Shown: piece after piece, positions 12,048 to 24,919 of the stretch
How the letters are laid out: the number at the start of each line of letters is the position of its first letter
Position numbering within the stretch: position 1 is the first letter of the stretch
NCBI RefSeq assembly: GCF_963921235.1
Contig: NC_086097.1
Coordinates: 190,156,001-190,220,000 of the forward strand
DNA length: 64,000 nucleotides
Reading direction: 5' to 3'
Source: Mobula hypostoma
Lineage: Eukaryota
Made by a program: the position numbers and the translations under genes
The notes under the pieces: generated by a model
Told to the model about the DNA's origin: nothing
What the model saw: only the letters and a program-made list of their open reading frames with translations
Database searches by the model: none

Positions 12048-14980
12048 CATCTAAAAAGATGAATAACTCTGTACAGAGCTTCAAATCCAATATGGCTCTC
12101 GACTATTTATGCCACAGGAAATGGCATGGAGATTGGATCTTTGGAAGCTGCCTGATACCTAAAGCAATCAATGTGTTTGGAACATAGCAACTGCATGTTT
12201 ATAAATCATTTCTCCTTTTTGAATAACCCCACAGGATATCCATTAGCAACGTACCTGAACGTATCATTTTAAAACAAAGATCCTTTCAGAACAAACACAT
12301 GTTCAGCATGCTCACTATTAATTTGAGCTTAATTTTGCTCTACCTTCAGATAGTCATGATTTCTGTGGCAAAACAAGATTGGTTATGATCTTTCATTTAC
12401 AAACTATATTAATGCTCTTAAAAGTTTAAATGTAAAATAGTAAAAATCCAATGAGAAATTACAAATGGTTTGAACACTTGTAATAATTTTAATTCCTTCA
12501 TTTTATCATCAGTTATACAGTATTTTCCTTGTTGTACAGACAATGTTCATGAAAATGAATGGATCGTATTCACTCTCAAACAAATCAGCCTAACGTGGTG
12601 ATGTCTGTGTCCTTGAAAGTTAAGTTAGCAAATGACTTCATTCTTAACAAGGCCATTGAGCACTTAACTGAAGGAAAGGACCAATGGCTACTGCATGTGG
12701 ATTAGGAACCCATTTAACAAAGTTAAAAAGCAATATTTCTTTCACAAAGCATTTTTAATGATGTACTTTATCCTTGAAGTTTGAATATGCAGCATATTTG
12801 TTGAGGTGTGGAAACCATTGCTGTGCTAAGAACTTTAATTTCTGAACATGGCTATTATTTTGGAATGTTATTCAGGATACAATGTAATTTTAATTAACTC
12901 ATTTGATATGGACGTTACTGGGAAGGCCAATATATATAACATTTTGTAATGTTAATTTCAATAGTTTCAATCTATTCCAAGAGAGCCATTAATGACTGTA
13001 AGACACAATTCATCCTCTGCTGTGTTCAGACAGTATTCATTCAATCCTGACTTTTATTCTGCCTTCACATCTATAAAATAGGAAGATTTGATTCATATTA
13101 TATGGAACATTATCATTGATTTTTTTTTTCCCTAAATTTGCTATAAGCATGGGTGGAGGTAATGAATGCAAGTAGTCAGTCCTAAAAAGGATGCAGATTT
13201 AAGATAATTAGCTAAATGATAAAGGGCAGATGATTTACAAAGCAATTTAAAATGCTGATCTGGAAACAAAAATAAATTTGATAAATATTTGAAAAGAAGA
13301 AAAAAATGGGGCTATGTGAAAAATTAGGAGAGTGGCACTAATTGGATTGTTCTTTCAAAAAGTTTGCACAGTCACATTGGGTTGAATAGCTGAATTTGGT
13401 GCTGAATCATTCTAAATTGTTTCTCTTATAAGGGTTGCTCTTAACTATATCAAAATGATTTTTAAACTGGATTGTTTTGCATAAATAGCACCACAGGTTC
13501 AATAACAATTTAATTTCCTGGAAAGTGCAGCTTGCAGGCTGTGGGCAAGAAGGGACAGAGCTAATGCAGCATGGAAGCCAGCCAGCCTCAAACTAACTAA
13601 ACCCAGTTCATGATATCAGGTCCAGAAGAATAACATTGCTGAGATGCTATGCTTTGTTAGTTAGATTAATGGAACACAACAAACTGATCTCGTGTTCTCT
13701 ATTACTTTTGATACTTTTTTTTTAGTAAGCAGCTACCATTGTTATGTAGAACTAATGGTGTCAAAAAACAGATTTGCTAGGGTGCAGATGGATAGTTACT
13801 TCACATTTTCACAGAGCTATTAATGAATTTAAAAATCCTTTAAAGATTTTTCATGAAACCCATGAGAGATTTTAAGTAATCAAGATGGAGATGGCTCGCC
13901 TTGATCATCTGTTTTGCATAAAGTGGGTATCCATTCTTTCCACACTGTGCTGCTTCAGAAAATTACTTAAACTCTGTTGGGTTAGATTAATTTCACAGTA
14001 GAGAAACTCCATACCAAATGTGATTAAAAAAACATATTGAAGAATTGCATTTTTGAAAAAGAAAAGTCCAGTATTTTCCAAAAGACAAGGGCATGCCATT
14101 AAATATATTAGTCTCTAAATCATCAGAACTGCTGTTGAATAACTTGTAAGTGGTAACAGTATTTAACAGTTAGCTGATGTGGTGAAGAATGTTGAGAATC
14201 TGACATCAATTAGTCTCAACACTCTTAAATTAAATAAAGATTGCGTTTTGTTCCTTACATATCTTTGGATTGGACATTCCTAGTGGATATGCCCTTCTTA
14301 GGTAGTCACTCTGGGTTGTGCATGATTTGTTTCTGCTCCATTTCAATGGGCTGTCAGTTGGCTGAAACCATAGAAACCATAGAAAAACTACAGCACAGAA
14401 ACAGGCCTTTTGGCCTTTCTTGGCTGTGCCGAACCATTTTCTGCCTAGTCCCACTGACCTGCGCACGGACCATATCCCTCCATACGCCTCCCATCCATGT
14501 ATCTGTCCAATTTATTCTTAAATGTTAAAACAGAACCCATCTTTACCACCTCGTCTGGCAGCTCATTCTACACTCCCACCACTCTCTGTGTGAAGAAGCC
14601 CCCCATCCAATGTTCCCTTTAAACTTTTCCCCCTTCACCCTTAACCCATGTCCTCTGGTTATTTTTCTCCCCTTGCCTCAGTGGAAAAAGCCTGCTTGCA
14701 TTCACTCTATCTATACCCATCATAATTTTATATACCTCTATCAAATCTCCCCTCATTCTTCTACGCTCCAGGGAATAAAGTCCTAACCTATTCAACCTTT
14801 CTCTGTAACTGAGTTTCTCAAGTCCCGGCAACATCCTTGTAAACCTTCTCTGCACTCTTTCAACATTATTAATATCCTTCCTGTAGTTTGGTGACCAAAA
14901 CTGAACACAATACCCCAGATTCGGCCTCACCAATGCCTTATACGACCTCATCATAACATTCCAGCTCTTATACTCAATAC

Positions 14981-15151
14981 AACAGGAATTCTGCAGATGC
15001 TGGAAATTCAAGCAACACACATTAAAGTTACTGGTGAACGCAGCAGACCAGGCAGTCCTGACGAAGGGTCTCGGCCTGAAATGTCGACTGCACCTCTTCC
15101 TAGAGATGCTGCCTGGCCTGCTGCGTTCACCAGCAACTTTTATGTGTGTTG
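14981..15151 (+). mobile_element. Miniature fold-back Penelope-like insertion inside CR1
   Basis: 14-bp TSD CTTATACTCAATAC (14967-14980, 15152-15165); inverted end segment followed by a forward repeat starting at the hammerhead. Confidence 0.88.
15052..15091 (+). ncRNA. Minimal type I hammerhead ribozyme motif
   Basis: gcagtc-CTGACGA-agggtctcggcct-GAAA-tGTC-gactgc; helix I is gcagtc/gactgc. Confidence 0.7.
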
Positions 15152-15889
15152 CTTATACTCAATACTTTGATTAACAAAGGCCAATGTACCAAAAGCTCTC
15201 TTTATGACCCTATCTACCTGTGATGCCACTTTTAGGAAATTTGTATCTGTATTCCCAGATCCCTCTGTTCCACTGCACTCCTCAGTGCCTTACCATTTAC
15301 CCTGTATGTTCTACCTTGGTTTGTCCTTCCGAAGTGCAATACCTCACACTTGTCTGTATTAAACTCCATCTGCCATTTTTCAGGCCATTTTTCCAGCTGG
15401 TCCAAATCCCTCTGCAAGCTTTGAAAACCTTCCTCACTGTCCACTACACCTCCAATCTTTGTATCATCAGCAAATTTGCTGATCCAATTTACCACATTAT
15501 CATGCAGATCATTGATAGAGATGACAAATAACAATGGACCCAGCTGAAGAATCTTATGTGGTGTTTTCAAACTCTGGCACGGGAGATTTGACAGGGTCAG
15601 ATCTCGTACCTCCTCTGTCATTTACATATAATATTTGTGTAGGATATCTATTGCACTGAAACACAGAGAACTGTGAGGGTCACTACTGCATGGCAGACAA
15701 CAAGCTTGGGGCTTGGTTTAAGGGCTCAGTTGAACATCCTTTTCCTCAGCTGGTGAAGGTTATACTGTATGCAGTGGAGCTGGTAATGCAGTTCTTCATT
15801 AAATATACCTTCAATGAAAAATGTCTCTTGAAATATGGAAAGTGATGCAGATTTTCAAGAGTCCTCCTGAATATTATGTTGGCTCCTGG

Positions 15890-18800
15890 GTGCTAGGGAC
15901 AGGGACGTCTCAGATCGAGTCCACAACATTCTTAAGTGGGGGTGAGTAGCCAGAAGTTGTGGTCCACATTGGGACAAATCATATGGGTAGGAGGGGTGAC
16001 AAGGTCCTGCAAAGTGAGTTCAGGGAGTTAGGTGCTAAGTTAAAGGACAGGACCCTCAGGGTTTTGATCTCAGGATTACTACCTGTGCCATGTGCTGGCA
16101 AGGCCAGAAATAGGAAGATCATACAGGTTAACATGTGGCTAAGGAGTTGGTGCAGGAGGGAGTGCTTCAGATTTTTGGATCATTTGCTCTCTTCCAGGGA
16201 AGGTGGAACCTGTACAGAAGAAATGGATTGCACTTGAACTGGAGGGGGACTAATATCCTAGTGGAAATGTTTGCTTGTGTTGCATTGGGGACTTAGACTG
16301 GAGTTGTAGGGGAATGGGAACCAGAGCACCAGAACAGATAGAGGAGTGGTTTTGGAGAAAGATGTTGCTAAGCTTAAATGCAAAGTCAGGAATCAAAAGG
16401 TCAAACCTGGTGACAGTAACATTTGAAGCTGCATATATTTCAATGCAAGGAGTATTGCAGGAAAGGCAGATGAACTTAGGGCATTTATCAGCCTGTGGAA
16501 TTATGACATTGTAGTCATTAGTAAGAATCAGTTGTAAAAGGGGCAGGTCTGGCATCTCAATGTTCCTGGGTTTCATTATCTTAGACATGATAGAGCAGGA
16601 GGGATTAAAGGGGGAGGGTGATGTTACTAGTTAAGGAAAATGCCACAGAAGTGCTTCGTCAGGACAGACTGGACAGCTCGTCAACGAGGAATAAGAAACA
16701 TATGACCATGTTGATGGGATTATATTATAGACTACCCAACAATCCGTGGGTTTTAGAGGAGTAAATTTGTAGAGAGATCGCAGACTGTTGCTAGAAACAT
16801 AAGGTTGTGATAGTAGGTGATTTTTAACCTTCCTCATATTCACTGGGACTCCTATACAGTAAAAAGGCTGCATGGAAAACAGTTTGTTAAATGCATTCAG
16901 GCAAGTTTCTTTAATCAGTACATTGAAGTTCCATCTAGAGAGAGTAAAATACTAGGTCTATTAGGGAATTAGACAGGGTAGGTGACAGAAGATCATGTAG
17001 GGTAAATCTTTCCATCTAGTTATCATAATGCCATTAGTTTCAAGGTAATTATAGAAAGCATAGGTCTAGTCCTCAAATTGAGATTCTAAATTGGAGAAAA
17101 GCCAATTTTTATGGTATCAGAAAGGATTTGGCAAGTGTGGATTGGGACAGGTTGTTTTCTGGCAAAGGTGTACTTAGTAAGTGAAATTTTGAGATCACTG
17201 TGCTCCTATCAGAATAAAAGGCAAAGATAGGGAATCATGGTTTTTGAGAGATATTGACACCCCGGTTTCAGAAAAAGGAGGCTCATAGTATGTATAGCAA
17301 GTAGGAACAAATAAGGTACTTGTTGAGTATAACAAATTCAGGAGAACATTTAAGAAGGAAATCAGCAAGGCTAAAAGAAGATATGCGGTTACTCTAGCAG
17401 ACAAGGTGACGGAGAATTCTAAGGGCTTCTACAGGTATATTGAGAGCAGAAGGATAGCAAGGGTCAAAATTGGTCCTCTGGAAGATCAGAGTGGTAATCT
17501 ATACGGGGAGTCAAAAGCACTAGGGCAGATCATAAATTATTCTTTTGCATCTGAACTTAATTATGTGAGGACAGAGTCTATAGATGAAAGACAAAGCAGC
17601 AACAAGGTCATGAACTTTATGCAGGTAACAGAGGAAGATATGTTTGCTGTCTTGAGGCAAATTAGGGTGTATAAATCCCCCAGCTTCAGATAATGTGTTC
17701 CTTTGGATCGCATGGAAAGCTAGTGCAGAAAATGCATAGGCCATGGCAAAGATATCTAAAGCATTCTTAGCCATGGGTAAGGTGACAGAGGTTTGGAAGA
17801 TCACTTGTGTTGTTCCATTGTTTAAGAAAAGCTCTAAGAATAAGCTAGGAAATTATAGGCCAGTGAGCCTGACACCAGTACTGGGAAAGTTATTGGAAGG
17901 TATTCTAAGGAACCAGATGTGTGAGTATTTCAAAAGGGAGGGACTGATTAGGGTTAGTCAGCATGGCCTTGTACATGGTAGTTGTGACTTACCAATCCTA
18001 TAGAGTTTTTTGAGGAAGTTAACAGGAATGTTGGTGAAGGCCATGCAGTACATGTTGTCTACGTGGACTTTAGCAAGGGCTTGACAAGGTCCCGCATGGG
18101 AGGTTGGTCAAGAAGGTTCAGTCACATGGCATTTGAGATGAGTTAGTAAACTGGAGTAGCTATTGGCTTTGTGGAAGAAGCCAGAGAGTGGTAGTAGATG
18201 GTTGCGTCTCTGACTGGAGGCCTGTGACTAGTGGAGTGCCACAGAGATCAGTGCTGTTTGTCATTGTGTTTGTCATCTCCCATATATCAATGATCTGGAT
18301 GATAATGTGGTTAAATGGATCAGCAAATTTCCAGATGACAGTGAGTATTGGGGTGTAGTGGACAGCAAGGAAGACTATAAAAGCTAACAATGGGATCTGG
18401 ACCAGCTAGTGAATTGGGCTGAAAAATGGCAGATGGAATTTAATGCAGATTGGTGCAAGGTGTTGCTTGGGTAGGACCAACCATGGTAGGACTTACACAG
18501 TGAATTGTAGGGCACTGGGGAGTGTGGTAGACCAGAGGGATTTGGGAATACAGGTACATAATTCCTTAAAAATGGCATCACAAGTAGATAGAGCTGTAAA
18601 GAAAGCTTTGGGCATATTAGCCTTCAGAAATCAGTGTAGCGCGTATGGGACATGGAATGTTATATTAAAATAATATAAGACATTGGAGAGGCCTTATTTG
18701 GAATATTGTGTGCAGTTTTTGTTATCTTCCTACAGGAAAGATGTAAATAGCATTGAAAGAGTACAGAGAATATTTACACGATGTTGCCAGGACTTGAGGA

Positions 18801-19222
18801 CCTGAGTTATAATGAAAGGTTGAATAGGTTCGGACTTCATTCCCAAGAACATATAAGACTGAGTGGAGATTAGGTAAAGGTATACAAAATCACGAGGGGT
18901 ACAGATAAGGTAAATGCAGCCAGCTATTTCCATTGCAGTTAAGTAAGACTACAACTGGAGGTCATGGGTTAGGGTGAAGGGTGAAATGCTTAAGGGGAAC
19001 ATGACAGGGCACTTCTTCACTAAAAAGATGGTGAGAGTGTGGAACAGTTTGCCAATGCAAGTAGTTGATGTGTTGTTAATTTCAACATTTGAGAAATGTG
19101 AACAGTTATATGGATGGGAGGGCTACGAAGGGCTATGATCTCAGTGATGGAACTAGGCAGATTAATAGTTCAGCACAGACTAGATGGGTCAAAAGGCCTG
19201 CTTCTGTGCTGTAGTGTTGTAT
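15890..19222 (+). mobile_element. Long degraded CR1 LINE (ORF1 esterase remnant, ORF2, 3' UTR)
   Basis: VHIGTN…ISGLLPVP…NMWLRSWCRRE (SGNH-type ORF1); endonuclease and RT fragments (NYRPVSLT, SQHG); many stops. Confidence 0.9.
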
Positions 19223-20559
19223 GAATGGGGTTGAGAGGGATAGAATGGCAGAGCAGACCTGATGGGCCGAATAGCCTAATTAGGCGAATAGCCTAATGTC
19301 TTGTGGTCTTATAATTCTGTGACTCCATGATTTCTCATTTTCAAATTGATAAATGAACTGCTCAGAATCTTAGTCCCAGCACTATAAATTTGATCAGAAA
19401 ACCTGTTATTGTTCAGAAAATTCCTTTGTCCATTCATCACATCAAATTGTATATCTGGCTATTTAAGAATTCAATGATAACATGCTCTCGGTCCTTTCTT
19501 TCATACCATGTTCTGAAAGTGATAAAAATGGCTCCTAAACCATTGTGGCATAATCAATTTCCCCCCACCCCCCATAACTTCTGTACTAAGTGTTACTTTC
19601 TCTGGATTACATTATTGTTCATTTTAGATACAGCAGTTCAGCATTTAAATTGAGAGAAAAACTATTTATTTCAACTCCAACACAAATCCCGCACCATAAT
19701 TAGTAACTAGAATGTGGGAGGATACATTAATAAATAAAGGAGGAGAGGGACGGAAAGTTTCTTATTAACAACTGTCATCGAAATTACCTTGAAGTAATAA
19801 TCAAATCTCAAATGTTCTACAGTAGTGTAACTAAAAATATATTTTAAATAACAACAATGATGTAAGAAGTAGAAATGAAACAATTCATGATATTTTGGCC
19901 TCATGCTTATTTTGCCATTGCATAAAACCACAATTGATCCTTTATTTCCTTCATTAACCCCATTTCCCTTGGTATCCAAAAGCCTACACATTTATGTCTT
20001 GAAAAGTCTGCATTATTTTTAACTTTTAATAAGAATTTATCGAGATAGAGGCTATTTCAGTTCTTTTCACAAGTTGAAAACATATGTCCTTTCCTTATCA
20101 ATTTCTGATACACCTTCTAGTTCTGGAAATAATGTTTCTACGTACCCAGAGAGTAAAATTTGCAGTTTATGTGCTGTGTGTGATATATGATGTGTGGGTG
20201 TACCATGGTCCGGAGGAACATTGTTTCATTTGGTTGTATATATACAAACTGTATATACAGTCAGATGACAATAAAATTAAACTTGAACAACTTAGTATAA
20301 TCTTTGTTTGTAAATTACAATTAGAATAATCTGCCATTGGTTTATGTAGTGTAATATTACAGCTGTTGACCCCAGACACTCAACTCAAACCCAACAAACT
20401 TAAATTTATAAGTTAGGTTTCAATTGTCCCAGTTCAGGATTAGACTAGATTTTAATTCTATACTTGAACAGATATCTACTCATTCTTATCTATCCCACTC
20501 TAAGCCTGCAGTATGTTGTACAACAAGTACCAACCTAACATTATCAAACCTGCTGCTAT

Positions 20560-21730
20560 TCTTTGACAGAGTGACCCACCTCACTGAGGCTAAGTGCCAA
20601 CTTTCTGACTCCTTCTCATATTGCATTTTGGGTCACAACCTTGTCACCAAATATTTCCCTGATAGCAATTGAGCTCATTTCTCTGCAGATCTTCAGTGTA
20701 CAATTTAAGGCTCACAGTACTAGATCCACACACTGCCTGATCTACATCCTCCCCAAGATCCACAATTCAGATTGTTCTGGTAAATGCTTCATTTCAGCTT
20801 GTTCTTTTCCCACAGATAGACTTAATCCTATTTTCACTCTTTTTCACCCCTTGTCCAGTCTCTTCCTGTTTCCCTTCCATTACTTTGACAGTTTCCTCTC
20901 CAGCTGGCTCATTTACCCAAAGAATGACAAGATTCTTCAATTCTTCACCGCTCGGTTAGATAGTCTGAAGACGTTTCACTTTCTGTTTGAACAGAGTTTT
21001 CCCTCCACCACTGTCCTTTGCTTCAATAATTAGCAACTTGTTTTTTTGAAATTCTGAATCAAAAGTACAGCTTAGGGATTTAACATGGGTCCACAGCATA
21101 CTGGTCACCGTGCAATATTTTCAACAAACGTTATTTCAATCTTAGTCAGGACCTCTCACTCACTTCTATTCCCAATACAATAGAAGCAGCATCATTGCTA
21201 CTGCATGCTCTCCTGTCTAACTGAAATGTTTCATCACCCAGCTCTCATGTCAAGCTTATGGAACATCTTCTAACTCAGTATCTCACAGCTCTCAGAAGTC
21301 ATCAATGAATTTATCCATTTCAGATAACCAGCCTTTCCAATTTGTATTTGATAAAAAGTAATCAACTTCTCTTCATAGGTGATAACTGATCTGCAGACTA
21401 CTCCCAGTAGTCTTACTTTTCAGATTCCCAGCAGCTGCACTGTTTCGTTCAGCATTGTTCTCTATCCCTCGCTTTGTCCTCATTCATCTCCTCCCATCCA
21501 CTGCTCCCATAGACATTCCATATCACCCTTTGTCAGCCAACAGCAGCACTATCACCACCTGTATCCTTCAGCCTCTCCAAACTTTTCTCTTATTTGCACC
21601 GCCTTCCCCTTTTCTCCGCAACTTTCCTAACTCCCATGAAAAGCTGACTGAAAATTTCACTCTGCCTCTCCAGATTCAGATGGATTTGCTAAGTTTTTCC
21701 AATATAGTCTGTTTTAATTTCAGACCTCTT
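20560..21730 (+). mobile_element. Ancient Penelope-like element remnant (RT)
   Basis: YILPKIHNSDCSGKCFISACSFPTD resembles the PLE RT motif YxLPKIHK..PGRPIvS; decayed terminal repeat near 21620-21725. Confidence 0.65.
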
Positions 21731-22096
21731 CACTATCTAATCCTATATCACTACAGGTCCTGGACTATCTTGCTTTGTGCCAACTGTATGATCATTAATG
21801 GCTTAATGGGTGTAAGAGGTCTCCAATGTTTTGTAGTGCAGGAGCACAAAGAATCTCAACCTATTTATTAATTTGAATGTATGCAGAGAACAACAAAGAC
21901 GAGTTATTTTGAAGTTATTTTTAAACACAGACAATTGTTAAATAATACTGCTTGAGTGGTAATCAGGTTTCCTCCTATTTGCCATTCATTCTTCAAATGA
22001 CAATCTGTATTGGCTCAGAGGGGATCAGTCCCAATAACACAGCACTGATAAACTCCTTGCCTTATGAGAAATAACCAATGATTATCATTCGACTTA

Positions 22097-22301
22097 GAGA
22101 CACGAGAGATTCTGCAGATGCTGTAAATCTTGAGCGATGCACACAAAATGCTGGAGGAACTACATTTTTGGAGGGAACAAACAGTCAAAATCTGGTGAAG
22201 TAATCCTAATGAAGGTCCTCACCTTGAGACGTCACCTGCTTGTTCACCTTCATAGATGTAGGCCTACTTGCTGAGTTCCTCCACCATTCTGTATGGGTTG
22301 C
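22097..22301 (+). mobile_element. Older miniature fold-back Penelope-like insertion
   Basis: 15-bp TSD TTATCATTC(G/T)ACTTA (22082-22096, 22302-22316); same layout as 14981-15151, with a decayed hammerhead. Confidence 0.75.
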
Positions 22302-24474
22302 TTATCATTCTACTTACTACTTCTGAAACACATTGAATTTTACGAACTTAAAAGAGGACACAGCTCAGGCATTTTCTTTTGTGATGTGCTGTCACGTTAT
22401 ATTCTATACATAGCCACATGGAATAATGAGTAATTTTGCATTGACCACTTGCATAAAAACAAAGCTGGTGACAACTGCAGGGGATCTCTTAACACATTAA
22501 GTAGTAGGACGCATCTATGACTTTTTGAGATCTCCACTGCTTCAAACCAAGTGCCTTTAGCTGCTGTCACTAATTGCTAAATAAGCCACCAAAGTTAGAT
22601 GTGATGCAAGTGAAGTTGGTCACACACCTAGCATATCTAAATTTGCATATTTATTTCATATGCAATGCAGATCACTTGGAATAGAAATTCTACGCTGCTT
22701 GCTTTGCAATTTCTTAATGCTTTTCAAATAGAAAACTGGACACAGATGGAACTTAAAAAAATCATAAGAGATTCGATGTGAACACAGTACCATGAGCTTT
22801 CAACCCTCCAGACTCTATCTTTAATCATTACATGCAATTGTTTGATTAAACTAATTCCCTATCTCAGGTCAACATGTAGACGATGCTAATGTGTATCAGC
22901 CCGATGAACAATAGTTTTGAAGACAGTGATTGTAGGAACCATTTCCCATTTTTATTAAAACTATTAAATCTTTTGTTTCTACATGTTACTAAAATATTAT
23001 ATGTAGTTAGTTTCTGATTTCCATTCTCCAGTCAGGGTTGTCTGTTGCAGACAGTGTCCCAGTGCATTGCAAACACATGGAATTTGCTGCTCACGCTCCA
23101 CTGAGATCCTTCTAGATTTCCCAGGGAATTGAGATACAGTGAATTGTTTATGCTTTTCCTTGAGCATTTTGCCATCATTTTAAGTTAAAGAGTTGTATTC
23201 AAGCATATTACAGTTGTACTCACTCTTTATTTTAACTATACAGTCAATATTAATTGGCTGTCTTTGGAAATCAAAAGGAACTTTTTTGTGATAATCAGAA
23301 CATATGAAATTCTCCCATTGGCTCTTTTTTAGTATGGTATTCAGTTTGTTAGAATACTGGCTAAAGGAATTTCATTAGTGTGACTCAGAGTCTTTATTCT
23401 TGATATTACATATTGTGATGCGAGCTGTGACTGTCATTCAATGGATACTTTTGTTAAATTTGGTTTATGACTTCATTGTAGATTCAAGTGGAGCTAGCAA
23501 TCAGAATTAATATTTCCCAATTCAATGACACTGAAGTCAATAATGTCCTGTTTAAGGGTGGACTCGTACCTATAAAGGCATGTTGATGAGGATTGTGATG
23601 GGCAATGAATTCCACGGCATCATACTGAAAAGTAGGCTTGATGCTGTGCAATGCTATTCATTTGAACACATGACCATTGCAGATTACACTGAGGATATCA
23701 GTTACTTATTTTAACTTATATCCAATAAGGTGATTACCTATTTTCTAATTAGTTAGCCCTGGATTTATTTAATCATTGTTCAATATATAATGTAGTTTCC
23801 TCTCAGATGTTGATGGTGAAGGTTCAGTAATTACAGTAATATTGAAAGATAAATAACTGTACCTGTATGGGATTTCTCTTGTTTGAGAATTTTATGCCAA
23901 TTGTCAGGCTAAAGTTGCATAGTTTCTCAATTTTTGCTAGGGATGGATATTGGCTATTTTCTTTCTGAAAATATCAATATTATGGAGCATCATGGAACTG
24001 AACTGTGGATGGATATGAAGTCCTATTAGGGAAGAGTTCTCTAATTTCTCTGATTATCAAAATTCACTTTCTAATAGGGAAGCCCCTCTGGCCACTTCCC
24101 ATGCCCTTTTCAGTGGTCATTATCAGTATGACATAGGGCACCTTAGTTTTGCTAATCCACCACAAACTCTCATTTAACTTTCTCTGAACCTGGAACAATC
24201 CATTTACACTGATTCAACTCTGACATGTTCAGTAAACTTACTGACAAGAGAAGCAATTTGCATAATGGTTGAAGAAATTTCTATCTCATCGAAGCTGAAA
24301 ATCAACTGTTTTGACACTTCCTGCTAACCCCCACTGAGCTACTATCTTCAACTTCACAATTACACAACACATTGAAGATCCACAAACAGTTCTCTGATTG
24401 TCCTATCCTTTCATCCCATTTCTTACTCTGTGGGACAACCTACCCCATTAGAACCATAGAAACTACAGCACTTC

Positions 24475-24877
24475 AAAAAATTAAGTAAATAAGTACATAG
24501 GGATTGGATAATTATGTCTGCGGGCAGGAACAAGCACGAACAAATTGGGATATAAACACCTACAATGGTTGGTATATAGGCTTGTATGCAACATTTTGGA
24601 CCAGTGGAAATGGTCCAGAAGGGTTGTATGGAAACTATTATTACCATTTTTCTTAACAACTAATTTCATTACTTAGCCTAATAGGTTAGATTTACCAAAG
24701 TACATAATTATCTATTTAAATGTTTATTTTCCTTTCATATCATCTCAATGTGTACTTAAGAATGTATAAATAATTGTAGTTTTATACATATAAAAAAATG
24801 GAAAAGGTTATATGTGTGAAAAAAGTACATGATAATTGTGAATTCCTTATCCAAATAAAAATAAAATTTAAAAAAAA
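24475..24877 (+). mobile_element. Poly(A)-tailed retroposed insert in the CR1 3' tail
   Basis: AATAAA signals, A-tail, and 17-bp TSD AGAAA(C/T)TACAGCACTTC (24458-24474, 24878-24894). Confidence 0.8.
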
Positions 24878-24919
24878 AGAAATTACAGCACTTCTTGGCT
24901 GTACCGAACCATTTTCTGC

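Larger units (their letters stand above)
14364..15543 (-). mobile_element. 5'-truncated CR1 LINE
   Basis: ORFs 15232-15621 (LGPLLF, FADDTK) and 14619-15020; tandem ctatggttt tail; near-identical to 24895-25780. Confidence 0.93.

Noticed and set aside
14174..14226. C/D-box-like pair (gtgaaga…ctga) with terminal stem, overlapping a 13-bp hairpin
   Set aside because: About 35 nt long, too short for a snoRNA; imperfect C box; likely chance
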